64,000 nucleotides of DNA from an uncultured Spirochaetota bacterium (GCA_963783575.1 CAWAOD010000011.1:192001-256000); one strand, 5' to 3'. Positions 1 through 11,342 are shown, counted from the first letter of the stretch. Notes: generated by a model not told the origin, from the sequence alone. Numbers and translations: made by a program.

Positions 1-226
1 CACGGAAGCTTTGAAATTTGAAGGGAGCTATTGGTGGCATGCCGGCTCATTCCGACGAGCTCTCGAATATTGGAATAGATCGATTAGGGAAGGAGAGCGT
101 CTCGGTACAGATGTTGAGGTGGCACACACCTTTATGGACGCGGGAAATCTCCTCGGGGAGATAAAGCCAGGACCAGAGTGGCGCAATCGGGGAAAAGAAC
201 TTTATTCAAAACTCGGGATAAAGTGA
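1..226 (+). CDS. C-terminal fragment of a helical/TPR-like protein (5' end probably outside window)
   Basis: Open frame near the window start ending at TGA 224-226; helical-repeat-like sequence (ALEYWNRSIREGERLG...AHTFMDAG). Confidence 0.4.
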   Translation, partial: TEALKFEGSYWWHAGSFRRALEYWNRSIREGERLGTDVEVAHTFMDAGNLLGEIKPGPEWRNRGKELYSKLGIK

Positions 227-543
227 ATACGTCGGCTTTTCAGAGATTCCAATGCGATTCCACAGATTGAGACTAGCAAGCGTCATTCAAAATAGAGGGT
301 TGGGATAATACCCTGACTGCAGATAAATTGATTAACATGCAGGAAAATTATAGGTTGAAAGTTAGAATTTGCTATTGACAAGGCATTTTATCTTTCGATT
401 CAGAAAGTAGATCCGGCTTATATCGAGGTTAAGAGATATGATAAACTTGTTCTGAAGGAACAATTTTCCGGTTTAGGTTTTTCATCGGAGTAAACTCATT
501 TGTTTGTTATTGTAAATTAATCAATTTTACATAGGAGAAATAT

Positions 544-2806
544 ATGGAAGAAACTTTAAGAGCGGGTTTCTGGCGAAGGTTTGCTGCATATCTAATAGAC
601 GGATTAGCTATTAACATTATGTTAACCGTCAATTTATACGGTTTGTTTTGTATGGGAACGGTTATTGACAAGAGTTTATTAGCCCGCATTCTATCGCTAT
701 TTTTTCAACTAATTCAATCAGCAATGCTTTTCGCATATGCCATTTTTTCAGTAGCCTATTTCGGGGCGACACCTGGAAAACTTTTACTTGGCCTAAGGGT
801 GGTTCTGCCGGGATCGAATCGTAAATGCGGTATAGGTTTTTGGAGAGCACCTTCTGAGAAACATTTTATATCTCATATCAGTCTTGCCGCTTGGGCTGGG
901 GTTTTTATGGGCGGCTTGGGACAAAAATAAACAGACCTGGCATGATAAAATATGCGGAAGCTCAGTTATTATCGCAAAAAAAGGAATGGAAGGTGAAGTT
1001 ATTTATAACGCAGAAGGTGAGGCAACTTTACAGGAAGTGCCGCAACCGGGAGAACAAGCCAAAGCCTGGACGCTTTTATCAATACCGCTTGTCTTTCTCC
1101 TATCTTTTATTTTATTACCAATATTGCAGACACTTATCTTTTCATTTCTAAAAATAAATCTGATGCAACCAGCCATTTTTACCGGTGTTATAAATTATGT
1201 GCGGTTTTTCGGGAATGAATTGTTTCTACCTTCCCTTATAAACACTCTAACACTGGCATTCATGGGCGGTTCAGGCATTTTTACAATATTTCTACCGGTA
1301 TGCATAGCATTCGCTCTTTACCGCTTGCCTGCGGTATCCGAAATGAATTTCCGCAGGTTTTTCAGTCTTTTGTTCTTTTTCGGCATTACTCCTTTACTTG
1401 CGGTAATACTGGCTTATTTGTTTAATCCATCAATAGGTCCCGTAAACGCGCTTCTGGGAATCGAAGGTTTTCAACCTATTGCATTACACGATGCTTTACT
1501 TGTAAAACCCATAATTTCGATCTTTATTACTGCTCAAAACCTTTCAATTTCCTTGCCGCTCGGTGTTTTATTTTACTTAGGAATGCTTCACGGGACGCGA
1601 AAATTCCCACCTCTACCCATTTCAGGCATTAAGATTTGGACTTCAATCGGGCTGTTTTTTGTTTTCTCTCTAGCGTTTTCATTGAAGGAGTTCCCAACTA
1701 CTTTTGTCACAACAAATGGGGGACCTGGATATAGTTCATTAACACTTCTGATGAACAGCTTTCAATCTTTTTTTTCTAGAATGCAGTTTGGAGTCGGTCT
1801 GGCCGGTTCTTTTTTCGATATGATTCTTCTTTTTATCTGCGGTTTTCTTGCATGGCTGCTGCTGAAACATAGCGGCATGAGATTCTATTTTATCGAAGTA
1901 AATGCTAGAACAACTGTGAATGAAAGAAAGAATAAGCTGCTATCTGTTATTGGATGGGCCGGTTTGTTAATATCGCTACTTTTCATTCTCGCTTTACTTA
2001 TATTCCCTTTATTCCTTGCATTAATGAACTCTTTTAAGACAATCTCCGATTTAGTGAAGAATCCGCTGTCTTTCTTTCCGGAGCATTTTACGTTGTGGAA
2101 TTATAATGAATTTACTAAAAATCTTAATATCAGAATTCTGTTTCTCAATTATCTGATCTATTTGATCCCCATTCTAATTATTCAGCTCGGAGTTTCCATC
2201 ATCGGCGGTTACGCTCTCGGCCGGCTGCGATTTGCAGGAAGAAAATTCATTTTCTTCCTGATCTGCCTGGTTATGTTCATCAGCCCTACAGTTTTTCTTC
2301 CAACGTTATATCTTAATGCGCAAAAATTAAATCTATTGAATAATTATATACCGCTGATATTGGCATGGCTTGGCTGTCCTCTTGGTATAGTTCTGTTCAA
2401 GCTCTATTTTGAAGGAACACGGTCAGATATTGCTCAAATAATTATGCTCAAAGATGAATCCGTTAAAAAAAGCTTAAAGCGAAAGATATCAATCAACACA
2501 TGGAAGATGCTGGCCTTTTATGGGATTATTGCCACCCTCATGGTTTTGAATGAGTTTATAGTGGCTCATGTACTGATAAACGATACCAATATGCTCCCTT
2601 TTATCAATTTCTACATTAAAAATGTATTAGTTTCTTTCAATAATCAGATTTCGGTAAAATTTATAGGATATATTTTTAGTCTCATTCCCATGCTGTTTTT
2701 GGCCTTTTTCTTCTTTTTAATGCAAAAAAGGTTTTTTACCGAATTTTATATTCAGATGCCCGGAATTGGAACTCCAAGCCGTAAAATCATAAAAGGACGA
2801 GATTAA
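544..2806 (+). CDS. RDD-domain protein fused to two carbohydrate ABC permease (MalF/MalG-like) domains; +1 frameshift at ~850
   Basis: RBS AGGAG before ATG 544; RDD motifs AGFWRRFAAYLID, TPGKLLLGLRVV and WHDKICGS. Removing one base at ~850 joins ORF 544-930 to ORF 884-2806. Permease motifs FTGVINYVRFF, TNGGPG, SFK...FFPEHFTLWNY and GYALGRLRFAGRK. Confidence 0.75.
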
Positions 2807-2883
2807 TCTCATATTATATTTCAGTCATAAGTCATAACCCTGCCCACGCGGGGCGAGGCTTGGAGAAATCCAATCTTAGTTAA

Positions 2884-3190
2884 AGCATTGCCGGTATTGA
2901 TCAAACAGTAAATGCAATGATAGGAGCGTTATAGTCGGAACTTATCCTCGGGGGGTCATCGTGGTCAAAGGATACCTTTATACAATCTTGTCAATATTGA
3001 GGAAAAGAATACAAGGGTAACCGTCAATAGGTATAATCGCGAATGGGCAATAACTGTTTATGCCAATGTATAAGCCGGGAATAACCAGCAGAAGGCACTG
3101 CAAAATGTTGAATAAATATCTAAACGAGTCCTGCCTATTGGCTATTATATTACAATGAGTGGTAGTTCTAAGACTTTCGAAGAATTTTAT
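2884..3190 (+). pseudogene. Remnant of an RND efflux permease (AcrB/AcrD/AcrF family)
   Basis: Manual translation gives SIAGIDQTVNAMIG and GQRIPLYNLVNIEEKNTRVTVNRYNREWAITVYANV*AGNNQQKALQNVE*ISKRVLPIGYYITMSGSSKTFEEF, which resembles the AcrB periplasmic segment and has in-frame stops. Confidence 0.65.
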
Positions 3191-3524
3191 GTAATCTTAA
3201 GTGAATATTCAGCTTGTTAGAAACATATATTCTGTCATACTTTTGTTATAAATATCCTTATTTGACTGCCAATAATAACGACTTGATTCCTCCGCCATAA
3301 AGTCAGTATTTAATAAAAAACCATTTTCCTTGGGTATTTTATCAAGACTCTTTCCAAATAATACATTTTATCATTGGCATACTTTGCCCAATATGTTCAG
3401 GTCCTGGAATAGATTGATGGTTTTTTAAATATACTATTTGTTTCTCAATGAAATATTTATTCGTAACTACTCAGTCAGGCGCAAAAAAAAGAAAAAACAC
3501 TCCAGGACACTCAATCTGTAATTA

Positions 3525-6500
3525 TTAGTAGTTAGTAATATTTCCTGGCATATTGTTAATGACACTGCCGTAAATAGTCCCCAATTTGCTGCTTGAATCA
3601 TAATATATTCCCCAGTTGCTGTTACAGGTAACAACTCCCGAACCATAAATTGTGCTGTAGTACGAATAGTCTGTAATAGCAATCCCGCCGCCCATTACTG
3701 CAGAATTGTTGGAGATTATGCCGTTAATACTGTTATAACCTTCTGCATCGATACAGATACCGCCGCCCATTATTCCGGCATTATTACCGCTTAGGGTTGA
3801 AGTTATGTTATTGTATCCCGATAAATTAAGATACAAACCGCCGCCATTGCTGGCTGAAATATTACTTAGGATAGGGCTGCTGATTGTATTATATTCCGAA
3901 TATTGTGCAAGCCATAATCCGCCTCCGCTTCCGATGTTGGTATTACACGAAACCTTGCCGGTTATAATATTACTTATTGAATTGTAAAGATATAGGCCGC
4001 CGCCATTATTCCCGATAACGGAGCCGCTTATTGTGTTGAAATATGATGAACCTAAATATACTCCTCCTCCATAAAGCGAAGCGGATGAATTTCCAGAAAC
4101 ATTACTGCTTATTGTGTTTGAAGAGGATGTAATAATATAAACGCCGCCGCCGCCCAAACGTTCCGAATAATTACTCATAATTATACTATTGATTATATTA
4201 CAACCGGAACTATCTATATAAATCCCTCCTCCGCCATTTACCGCCGAATTGCTGTAAATGCCGATATTTAAAGTATAATTCGTCATATGATAAAAATAAA
4301 CCCCGCCTCCTCCGCCTAAACCCGCATAATTGCCAGTAATATCATGAATTATGTTTTCACTAATACAGGAATCAAAGTACAATCCTCCGGCACGGTAACT
4401 GGTATTATTATACACATGCCCGCTGATAGTGTCAGAGCTTGATCTGGCAATGCTTAAACCACCGCCGTTGTTATCCGAATAATTACTAAAAACATCACCG
4501 CTTATAGTATTATTACCGGAATCCCCGATATACAAACCGCCCCCGCCTGAGGGGAATGATCCGTTGGCATAATCCGAATTGCCATAAACATCGCCGCTAA
4601 TGGTGTTATTGCTCGCGTATTCTAATAAAACACCTCCACCGGCGCCATATACGCTATTGCTGTAAATATTACCCGTTATTTGATTATTACAGGAATTTTC
4701 AATAAATAATCCGCCACCCCAGCCGGCTTTATTGTTATGAATGTCGCCGCTAAAGGTATTATTGATTGAAAAAACAATTTCAACCCCTCCGCCAAACTCG
4801 TCCCCATTATTAAAAATTGAGCCTGTGATAGTGTTATTCCCTGAATTATCAAGATCGATGCCGACACCTGAATTGCTGTAAATATTGCCGGATACAGTAT
4901 TATAGCTTGAGTTGTCGAACTCAAGACCTCCGCCGGAACCCATATTAAGTACTGTATTACTAAAAACAGCGGTACTTATATTATTGTTGGCCGATGTGTC
5001 GAACTCAATTCCGCCTGCTAAAGAATATGCCCCATTACAGCAAACCGAACCGGATATAGTATTATTAGAAGAACAATACAGATATAAACCGCCGCCTTCG
5101 CCAGCGGAATATTCCACCCAGGGGTTTGAACCGCCGAATGCCCCGATAGGCGCCTCATTATTGGATATATTTCCATTTATATTGTTATAAATGGAATAAT
5201 CAAGTTCCAGCCCCGCCCCAAAATCTGCCGAATTGAAGAAAATATTCGCATTTATTGTATTGTAGCTTGAATTCAAAAGATACAGCCCGCCACCTGATCC
5301 ATAGTTAGTGGATTTACCACTGCTGCAGCCGGCAAAATTGTTTGAGATTGTGCAATTCGTTATTAATGAGCCTGTGACATTTATCATCAATATCCCGCCC
5401 CCGTTATTATCAAAACTGTCAGCGCCGCCTGTTTGGTCCATACTATCTGCATAACCGCCGGTTATCTGGAAGCTATTTAAAGTAACGTTGTAAACATTTG
5501 TCATAATAATAACATGATAATTAATCGTGCTGTATTGGCCTTTATTAACATTCAAAATGCTTATGCCGGTTTGGTTGCTGAATACCTGGTCCCAGCCGCC
5601 GGAAATATTCAAATTGCTTGAATTTGAAATTATTAAACCGCAATTGCCGTTATTATTAAGTCCTGAGCCGGGGAGATAAGTCCCCGCCGTTATCCTTATA
5701 TTATTTAAGCCATACTCGGATGCCAGCTTCAGGGCAAACTGTATGGATTTTATCGGCGACGATCTGCTGCCCGAATTACTATCCATCCCATTTGTAGCTA
5801 CATAAACCCCATCAAGCATAGCTATACCTATGTTATAACTCTTCACGGTAACCTTGTCAGGTGCGGTAACCTTTACTGATATATTATTTATGCCTGATAA
5901 TAATGTTAAATTTCCGGATGTATTCCCTGATTTTATTGTGCTATAATTTCCATTATTAATATTGTATTGAATAAACTGGCCGGCGACCGATTGAGCCGGG
6001 GTAATCGTAACATTCGATATTATAACTGCCCCGGCATTGTAATTTGTTATTGAAGAACCGAATGCTATTGTATTGGTTCCGGCGGATATTGCCAGTCCTG
6101 AAAGATTAGCATTGGAGCTATAAAACTCACCTGCGCTGAAAACCCTTACTTGCTGAAGATTACCGTTCTGGTCGATCCACTGGTCGCTGGTTACATTATT
6201 CCATATATTTACTGCTTCCCCGAAAACCCCGGCGACAGTTCCCGAAGGGCCTCCTCTCATAAATGTCATTACAAGGTTATTAATTCCGCTTTTTATGTTT
6301 GTCGCGCCGAATGTTGCCTGGTTATAATTTGTATTTGTCGGACAAACTTTTATTGCGGGGGTTAAATTCGATGAACTTGTACCCGTAATTGTTCCGGATA
6401 TATAATTTATTCCTGCCGATACCGGGAATTGGACTGTAAGATATATATTTCCAGTCCCGCCGCTTTGTGAAAAGATAATTGGTATTGAGATATTCAGCGT

Positions 6501-6917
6501 CGTATTGGCGGTAATAACCTGATTGGATAAAACGCCTGTCCCGGTCACTGAACCGGATAATGTCGCCGTAACCCATATATCCCAGGTACCCACTTCTATA
6601 TTTGAAATAGTTATTAAATTTGTGGATGCTGATATTGAATTGGATATCGTAGCGAACCCATTATGGCTGGTTAATACAATGCGGAAGGTATCGGCTTCGT
6701 TCGTAAAATCCGGAACTACTGTTTTACTGATTCCGCTCAAGGAACGGCCGAGTCCGGGAATGCATACGGTAATACTTCCAGTATCTTTAGTATTGACATT
6801 GCCGCTATTACTCTTGTTATTCTCGTTTTTTCCCTGGGGATTTAATAATGAGCATGAAAATAATACAAAAACTATCGCAGGCAATAAAAAAATTCTCTTA
6901 TTCATTTTACACTCCAT
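3525..6917 (-). CDS. Large surface lipoprotein with Ig/cadherin-like domains and a long right-handed parallel beta-helix
   Basis: Lipobox VLFSC; cadherin-like NISVKVTAPD..VKSY; YVATNGMDSNSGS..P.KSIQ.A helix start; about 20 GGG(L/I)Y....S.NNTI.G.I..N repeats. Confidence 0.75.
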   Translation of the reverse strand: MECKMNKRIFLLPAIVFVLFSCSLLNPQGKNENNKSNSGNVNTKDTGSITVCIPGLGRSLSGISKTVVPDFTNEADTFRIVLTSHNGFATISNSISASTNLITISNIEVGTWDIWVTATLSGSVTGTGVLSNQVITANTTLNISIPIIFSQSGGTGNIYLTVQFPVSAGINYISGTITGTSSSNLTPAIKVCPTNTNYNQATFGATNIKSGINNLVMTFMRGGPSGTVAGVFGEAVNIWNNVTSDQWIDQNGNLQQVRVFSAGEFYSSNANLSGLAISAGTNTIAFGSSITNYNAGAVIISNVTITPAQSVAGQFIQYNINNGNYSTIKSGNTSGNLTLLSGINNISVKVTAPDKVTVKSYNIGIAMLDGVYVATNGMDSNSGSRSSPIKSIQFALKLASEYGLNNIRITAGTYLPGSGLNNNGNCGLIISNSSNLNISGGWDQVFSNQTGISILNVNKGQYSTINYHVIIMTNVYNVTLNSFQITGGYADSMDQTGGADSFDNNGGGILMINVTGSLITNCTISNNFAGCSSGKSTNYGSGGGLYLLNSSYNTINANIFFNSADFGAGLELDYSIYNNINGNISNNEAPIGAFGGSNPWVEYSAGEGGGLYLYCSSNNTISGSVCCNGAYSLAGGIEFDTSANNNISTAVFSNTVLNMGSGGGLEFDNSSYNTVSGNIYSNSGVGIDLDNSGNNTITGSIFNNGDEFGGGVEIVFSINNTFSGDIHNNKAGWGGGLFIENSCNNQITGNIYSNSVYGAGGGVLLEYASNNTISGDVYGNSDYANGSFPSGGGGLYIGDSGNNTISGDVFSNYSDNNGGGLSIARSSSDTISGHVYNNTSYRAGGLYFDSCISENIIHDITGNYAGLGGGGGVYFYHMTNYTLNIGIYSNSAVNGGGGIYIDSSGCNIINSIIMSNYSERLGGGGVYIITSSSNTISSNVSGNSSASLYGGGVYLGSSYFNTISGSVIGNNGGGLYLYNSISNIITGKVSCNTNIGSGGGLWLAQYSEYNTISSPILSNISASNGGGLYLNLSGYNNITSTLSGNNAGIMGGGICIDAEGYNSINGIISNNSAVMGGGIAITDYSYYSTIYGSGVVTCNSNWGIYYDSSSKLGTIYGSVINNMPGNITNY

Positions 6918-7948
6918 CAGTTCTCAACAGTAATCATTAATGATCCGGAATATTGTATACCATTATATGTAACATAAACATTGATAATATATTGTCCCGG
7001 CTGTAAAGCCGCAGAATTAAAAATGTAAGTGGAAGCCGTTTGAGAAGAATCCTGCACATAATCGACCAGCCATTGCCAGCCAGCCCCGCTTAAATTCGGA
7101 TTAGTGTCAGTTAATGTAAGGGTTTGTCCGAGTTCAACGGTTATATTATTTGTAGCGAATGTTATTGCCTGGTAATCCGGATTGCTTATCGTAAATGAAA
7201 TATCGATATTACCAGAAGGCATAAATGTCGTGCTGATAGTGTGGTTTGCTTGGACATTGCTGAATGTATATGATGTTATCGAGCCCTGGTTCGCTCCGTC
7301 GACAGTCACATTGCTGATCAGGTATCCTGTGTTCGGCGTAATTGAAAAGCCCTGGTTTGTCCCATAGTTTACAGTCACACTGCCCGAAGGGCTGATCGAG
7401 CCGTTAGTTCCTGTGCTTGCCGTGATAGTATATTGGATTGGCAGGAATGATGCGCTGATAGTGTGGTTTGTCTGAATATTTGTGAATGAATACGAAGTTA
7501 TCGAGCCCTGGTTTGCTCCGTCGACAGTCACATTGCTGACCTGGTATCCTGTATTCGGTGTAATTGAAAAGCCCTGGTTTGTCCCACAGGTTGCATTCAC
7601 ATTGCCCGAAGGGCTGATCGAACCGTTAGCACCTGCGCTTGCCGTGATAGTATATTGAATCGCTTTAATGGAGGATGATGACGAACCGGCCTGTGAAGCC
7701 GATTTGGAACTTGAAATACCGCTTGAACTGACTAGAGATGAGCTGGAGGAGAAGGATAAACTGGCACTTGAAAATGAAGAAGAATTTGATAATGATGAAG
7801 CAGATGATAAATTATAAGATGATGAAAATGAGCTAATGCTTGAAGATGTAGAATCTCCGGAAGTTTCGGAACCCGGAGTTGTAGTGCAGGCTGTAATAAA
7901 AGCTCCAAGAGTTACAAGCAGACAAATATAATGCTTAAATTTTTTCAT
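6917..7948 (-). CDS. Lipoprotein with Ser-rich linker and two tandem 74-aa InlB-B/Flg_new-like repeat domains
   Basis: Lipobox FITAC, RBS AGGAGG, poly-Ser tract, duplicated YTITASAGANGSISPSG...TPNTGY.VSNVTVDG unit. Confidence 0.75.
   Translation of the reverse strand: MKKFKHYICLLVTLGAFITACTTTPGSETSGDSTSSSISSFSSSYNLSSASSLSNSSSFSSASLSFSSSSSLVSSSGISSSKSASQAGSSSSSIKAIQYTITASAGANGSISPSGNVNATCGTNQGFSITPNTGYQVSNVTVDGANQGSITSYSFTNIQTNHTISASFLPIQYTITASTGTNGSISPSGSVTVNYGTNQGFSITPNTGYLISNVTVDGANQGSITSYTFSNVQANHTISTTFMPSGNIDISFTISNPDYQAITFATNNITVELGQTLTLTDTNPNLSGAGWQWLVDYVQDSSQTASTYIFNSAALQPGQYIINVYVTYNGIQYSGSLMITVEN
7232..7660. repeat. Intragenic tandem duplication, 222-bp period, 2 copies
   Basis: GCTGATAGTGTGGTTTG at 7232 and 7454 with continuous similarity between the copies. 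Confidence 0.9.
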
Positions 7949-8211
7949 CGGTCCTCCCTTTTATCTTTGTAATTAAAAATAACATCAGTTATTCTTATAT
8001 AATACTCAAAAAAATTAATAATTCCGGAAATATTAAAAAAATATTTTTGCGGATTTTCCTGATTTGAATATGTATTGCTTGTTGTTAATGATAGGAAAAA
8101 ATTATAAGCAGCTATTTATAAAAACTCAAAAAAACGCCGAGTATTCTATTTCCAGGATTTTTGGTTTTCAGTAAAACTTCCTAGTTCTACAATTTCAGCT
8201 TAGTTTTGGGT

Positions 8212-9660
8212 TTATTTTCCTGTTTGTGATATTACAATTTTATCAATATAAGCATTACGATCAAAGCCAGGCTTTAAATAATAATCATTTATAAAAGATA
8301 TATCTAAATCATGCTGGCCGGATGTTAGATAGATATCATGAGAGTATTCTTGATACTGGCTGTTTGTTAATTCGAGTATATAATTTTTTGAATCAATACT
8401 AACTGATAATTTGGCATGTCCCTGATAATAATCTTCTTTTCCGGTAATTATTATCTTATATAATCCATTATTCGGAATATTGAACACATCAAAAGTAGCG
8501 TCATCTAGATGAGGCAACTCCCTTACTTTTCCCGTTGAAGCTTTTTTATCGTAGCTATCTTCAATCCTACCTCTCCATTTCATCTTTACCGCTTCTATGA
8601 TAATATTGTCAAAGAAGCTGGTCAGTTCAATATCTTTGAAATCGCCGTCATTAAGGGTTATCAGTGACGTGTTTGTTTTGTCGTCTTTTTTACGAATTTT
8701 AATAAGGGTATGCGGAATTCCCAGGGTCAGGCTGCTGTTTGTCTCCTCTTTTATTGGAACTCCATCCAAAAATGCTTCAAAATCATCCTTGTTCAAGGAT
8801 GCGAAATCCTTAAACCTTAAAGTTCCTGATGCCTTGTATTCCAATTGATTGGTTGAGTTTTCTTTCAAGAAAGACTCGCTATCTATCACAAGTTTGCTGT
8901 CTGATAAACGCCGGACGGAGACGCGGTAATTCCGGTTCGGAAGAACTTTCAGGATTTTGTATATCGATCCTTTTTCAGAATGTTCAATCAAACGTTTATT
9001 GATAATTAGTTCTGACGGCTCTCCCTGAGTATCGGCTTGGATGTTCAGAACGGCAACATTCATTTCCTCATGAAAGACCGATTTGACTATATCGGAAATT
9101 ATAACATCGATTGTATCAAAAAAATCAGCGTCAATCGTGGATTTATATGTATTCGAAAAAATATCACCCGATTCCCGGCTCCATATGAGAAGGGTTAATT
9201 CGGCCAGAGGTTCTGTTCTGGGTCCGGAATAGGTATAATATCCATTAATTATATAATCCGCTTTCTGACTTTTTGCCAGATCTTCAATGTTAAAGGTTGT
9301 AGCGTTTAACTCAAGCAGGGTTTTATCATCGGGAACATTTATCGTGGGAATAATACCGATAAAACAGGTCATAGATTTAAATAAAATAGACCGGGTTATG
9401 CCACTGTTTTTAAATGTGTTTGTATCGGAAAGATTTATGAATGGCATAATCAGAAGTTTTGCTTTACCTTCTTCTTTAATAAATTCCTTTTCTGTGTTTG
9501 TGATGGTTTCCAATTGAACAGCAGGTTTAATTGCATTATCCTTTCGGTTTTCTTGGCAAGAAGTCAATAAAACCAGTGCGGATAACTGTATGAAAAAAAT
9601 TATATAAGCCCGGGAATTCTTGTAAACCGGATACAACCATTTTAAGTTTCCAGAATTCAT
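8212..9660 (-). CDS. Lipoprotein with C-terminal carbohydrate-binding module (CBM60-like)
   Basis: Lipobox LLTSC; C-terminal G.H.L.ISFIND....DRNAYIDKI motif typical of Ca-dependent CBM60-like modules. Confidence 0.55.
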   Translation of the reverse strand: MNSGNLKWLYPVYKNSRAYIIFFIQLSALVLLTSCQENRKDNAIKPAVQLETITNTEKEFIKEEGKAKLLIMPFINLSDTNTFKNSGITRSILFKSMTCFIGIIPTINVPDDKTLLELNATTFNIEDLAKSQKADYIINGYYTYSGPRTEPLAELTLLIWSRESGDIFSNTYKSTIDADFFDTIDVIISDIVKSVFHEEMNVAVLNIQADTQGEPSELIINKRLIEHSEKGSIYKILKVLPNRNYRVSVRRLSDSKLVIDSESFLKENSTNQLEYKASGTLRFKDFASLNKDDFEAFLDGVPIKEETNSSLTLGIPHTLIKIRKKDDKTNTSLITLNDGDFKDIELTSFFDNIIIEAVKMKWRGRIEDSYDKKASTGKVRELPHLDDATFDVFNIPNNGLYKIIITGKEDYYQGHAKLSVSIDSKNYILELTNSQYQEYSHDIYLTSGQHDLDISFINDYYLKPGFDRNAYIDKIVISQTGK

Positions 9661-10001
9661 ATATACCTCTTCAAAAGATAATTATAGTAAATAAAACGAT
9701 CTTTAAAATTCATTTGATTAAAGTGTGCTTATGTTGAAATAACTGGACAAAGAAGTTACTTTACTTAGGGGTACCGACAACATTACCAACACAAGTCATG
9801 CTAAAAAATCGTTGAAAGTGATTAACTTCTTATATATTCTATAATTGTAATATTTGATAAATTTAGTAATTAAAACTATAATGTAAATAATATTATAATT
9901 GATAAACCCTTATTTTACAATGGTTTTGTTATCTTAAGGATTTTTGTCGGAAATGTTGGCGATAACCCCTTATAAACGAAACACTTAAGGGAAGTGGTTT
10001 T

Positions 10002-11070
10002 ATGAAGTTAGGATCACAAATCCTATGTACAACTGTTATGCTATGCTTGGGAAGTATATTTGTAGTTTTATCCGGCTGTTATAATCCGAATCCAGGGTCT
10101 AGTAGTTCTTCTTCCAATTCGCCTAGTATTTCGAATAATAGTTCAATAGCATCAAACAGTTCTTATTATACTAACATAGTTACATTTGATAATCAGGGTG
10201 GTAATCCCGCAACAAATACTCTATATGTTATTTTTCCTGCGATGATTGTCAGCAACCTTCCTTCATCACCTACTAAAACAGGCTTTATATTTAGCGGCTG
10301 GTTCACTGTCAAAAACGGAGGCGGTACACAGTTTACTGCCAGTACAGAAATAAGGTCAAATATCACAGTTTATGCCTGCTGGAGCAATAATCCGGGATAT
10401 ATTGTTTTTTCTGATTATAATTGGATAATAAAACAAGATGAAAATGAAGTATTTGGTCCTGGTCCAAATTATTTCTCTGCACAAACAAATGATATTTGGA
10501 TCGATGGAAATGGTTATCTTCACATGAATGTGAAAAATAGGGATTTAAAGTGGTATTCAACGGAAGTAATTACGGAACAGTCTTTCGGTTATGGAACTTA
10601 TGTATTTTACCTGGGAAGCCGGGGAGACACACTGGATCAGAATATAGTCCTGGGGCTTTTTACCTGGGATGATAATTCCAATGCCCAGATCAACTACAAT
10701 AATGAGATTGATTTTGAGTTCTCCCGTTGGAATAAACCAACAAATAACAATTTTCAGTTTGTTGTTCAGCCATCAGATTTGACCATTTCAAATATTCACC
10801 GCTTTAATATAGATAATTCGGTGGATTCGCTTACAGTTAGTTATTTTACCTGGAATACCAATTACATTGAGTTTACAAGTGCATATGGCAGTACTTTCCC
10901 TGCTGAGACTACAAATATTATAAATAATTGGACTTATTTTCTGGCCCTGTGATCCGGTACCAGCCCAGGAAAAGGTGCATATCAACTTATGGCTCATAAA
11001 AGGTAATCCTCCGATTAACGGCACCGGTGGTGAAATGATCATAAAAAAATTTGAGTTTCACCCGCTTTAA
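10002..11070 (+). CDS. Lipoprotein with InlB-B repeat and GH16-like glycoside hydrolase domain; frameshift at ~10940
   Basis: Lipobox LSGC; PTKTGFIFSGWFT repeat; GYGTY and catalytic EIDFE motif. The C-terminus EKVHINLWLIKG...EMIIKKFEF continues in the +1 frame to TAA 11070. Confidence 0.7.
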
Positions 11071-11141
11071 ATTAGTTTAATAATGTGCCAGAATAATATA
11101 GATTTAAATGGTAGGTTTGGCTTGATTGGCTAAATAAACAC

Positions 11142-11255
11142 CGGAGAAAAGGGATCCGTAGCGTCTTCGTCGCTATGTCGAATCCCGGCTCTGTTTCTCA
11201 AAGAAATTTTGGAGTAAAATGCGAGGCTTTTGATTACAGATTGTCTTTTTATTAT
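11142..11255 (-). repeat. tRNA-linked ~114-bp element ending in a copy of the tRNA 3' end
   Basis: Reverse complement aligns with 32580-32694 over its full length. Confidence 0.8.
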
Positions 11256-11342
11256 CGGAGAGAGAGGGATTCGAACCCTCGGTGCAATTACTTGCACAAC
11301 ACCTTAGCAGGGTGCCCCCTTCGGCCACTCGGGCATCTCTCC
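11256..11342 (-). tRNA. tRNA-Ser(GCT)
   Basis: GGAGAGATGCCCGAGTGGCCGAAGGGGGCACCCT-GCT-AAGGTGT, long variable arm, GGTTCGAATCC; CCA not encoded. Confidence 0.95.

Noticed and set aside
7232..7660. DGR template/variable repeat pair
   Set aside because: In-frame domain duplication, differences are not adenine-specific, and no reverse transcriptase is present
10930..10960. Programmed frameshift or TGA recoding
   Set aside because: The continuation is in another frame with no convincing slippery site; an indel error is simpler given the other cases
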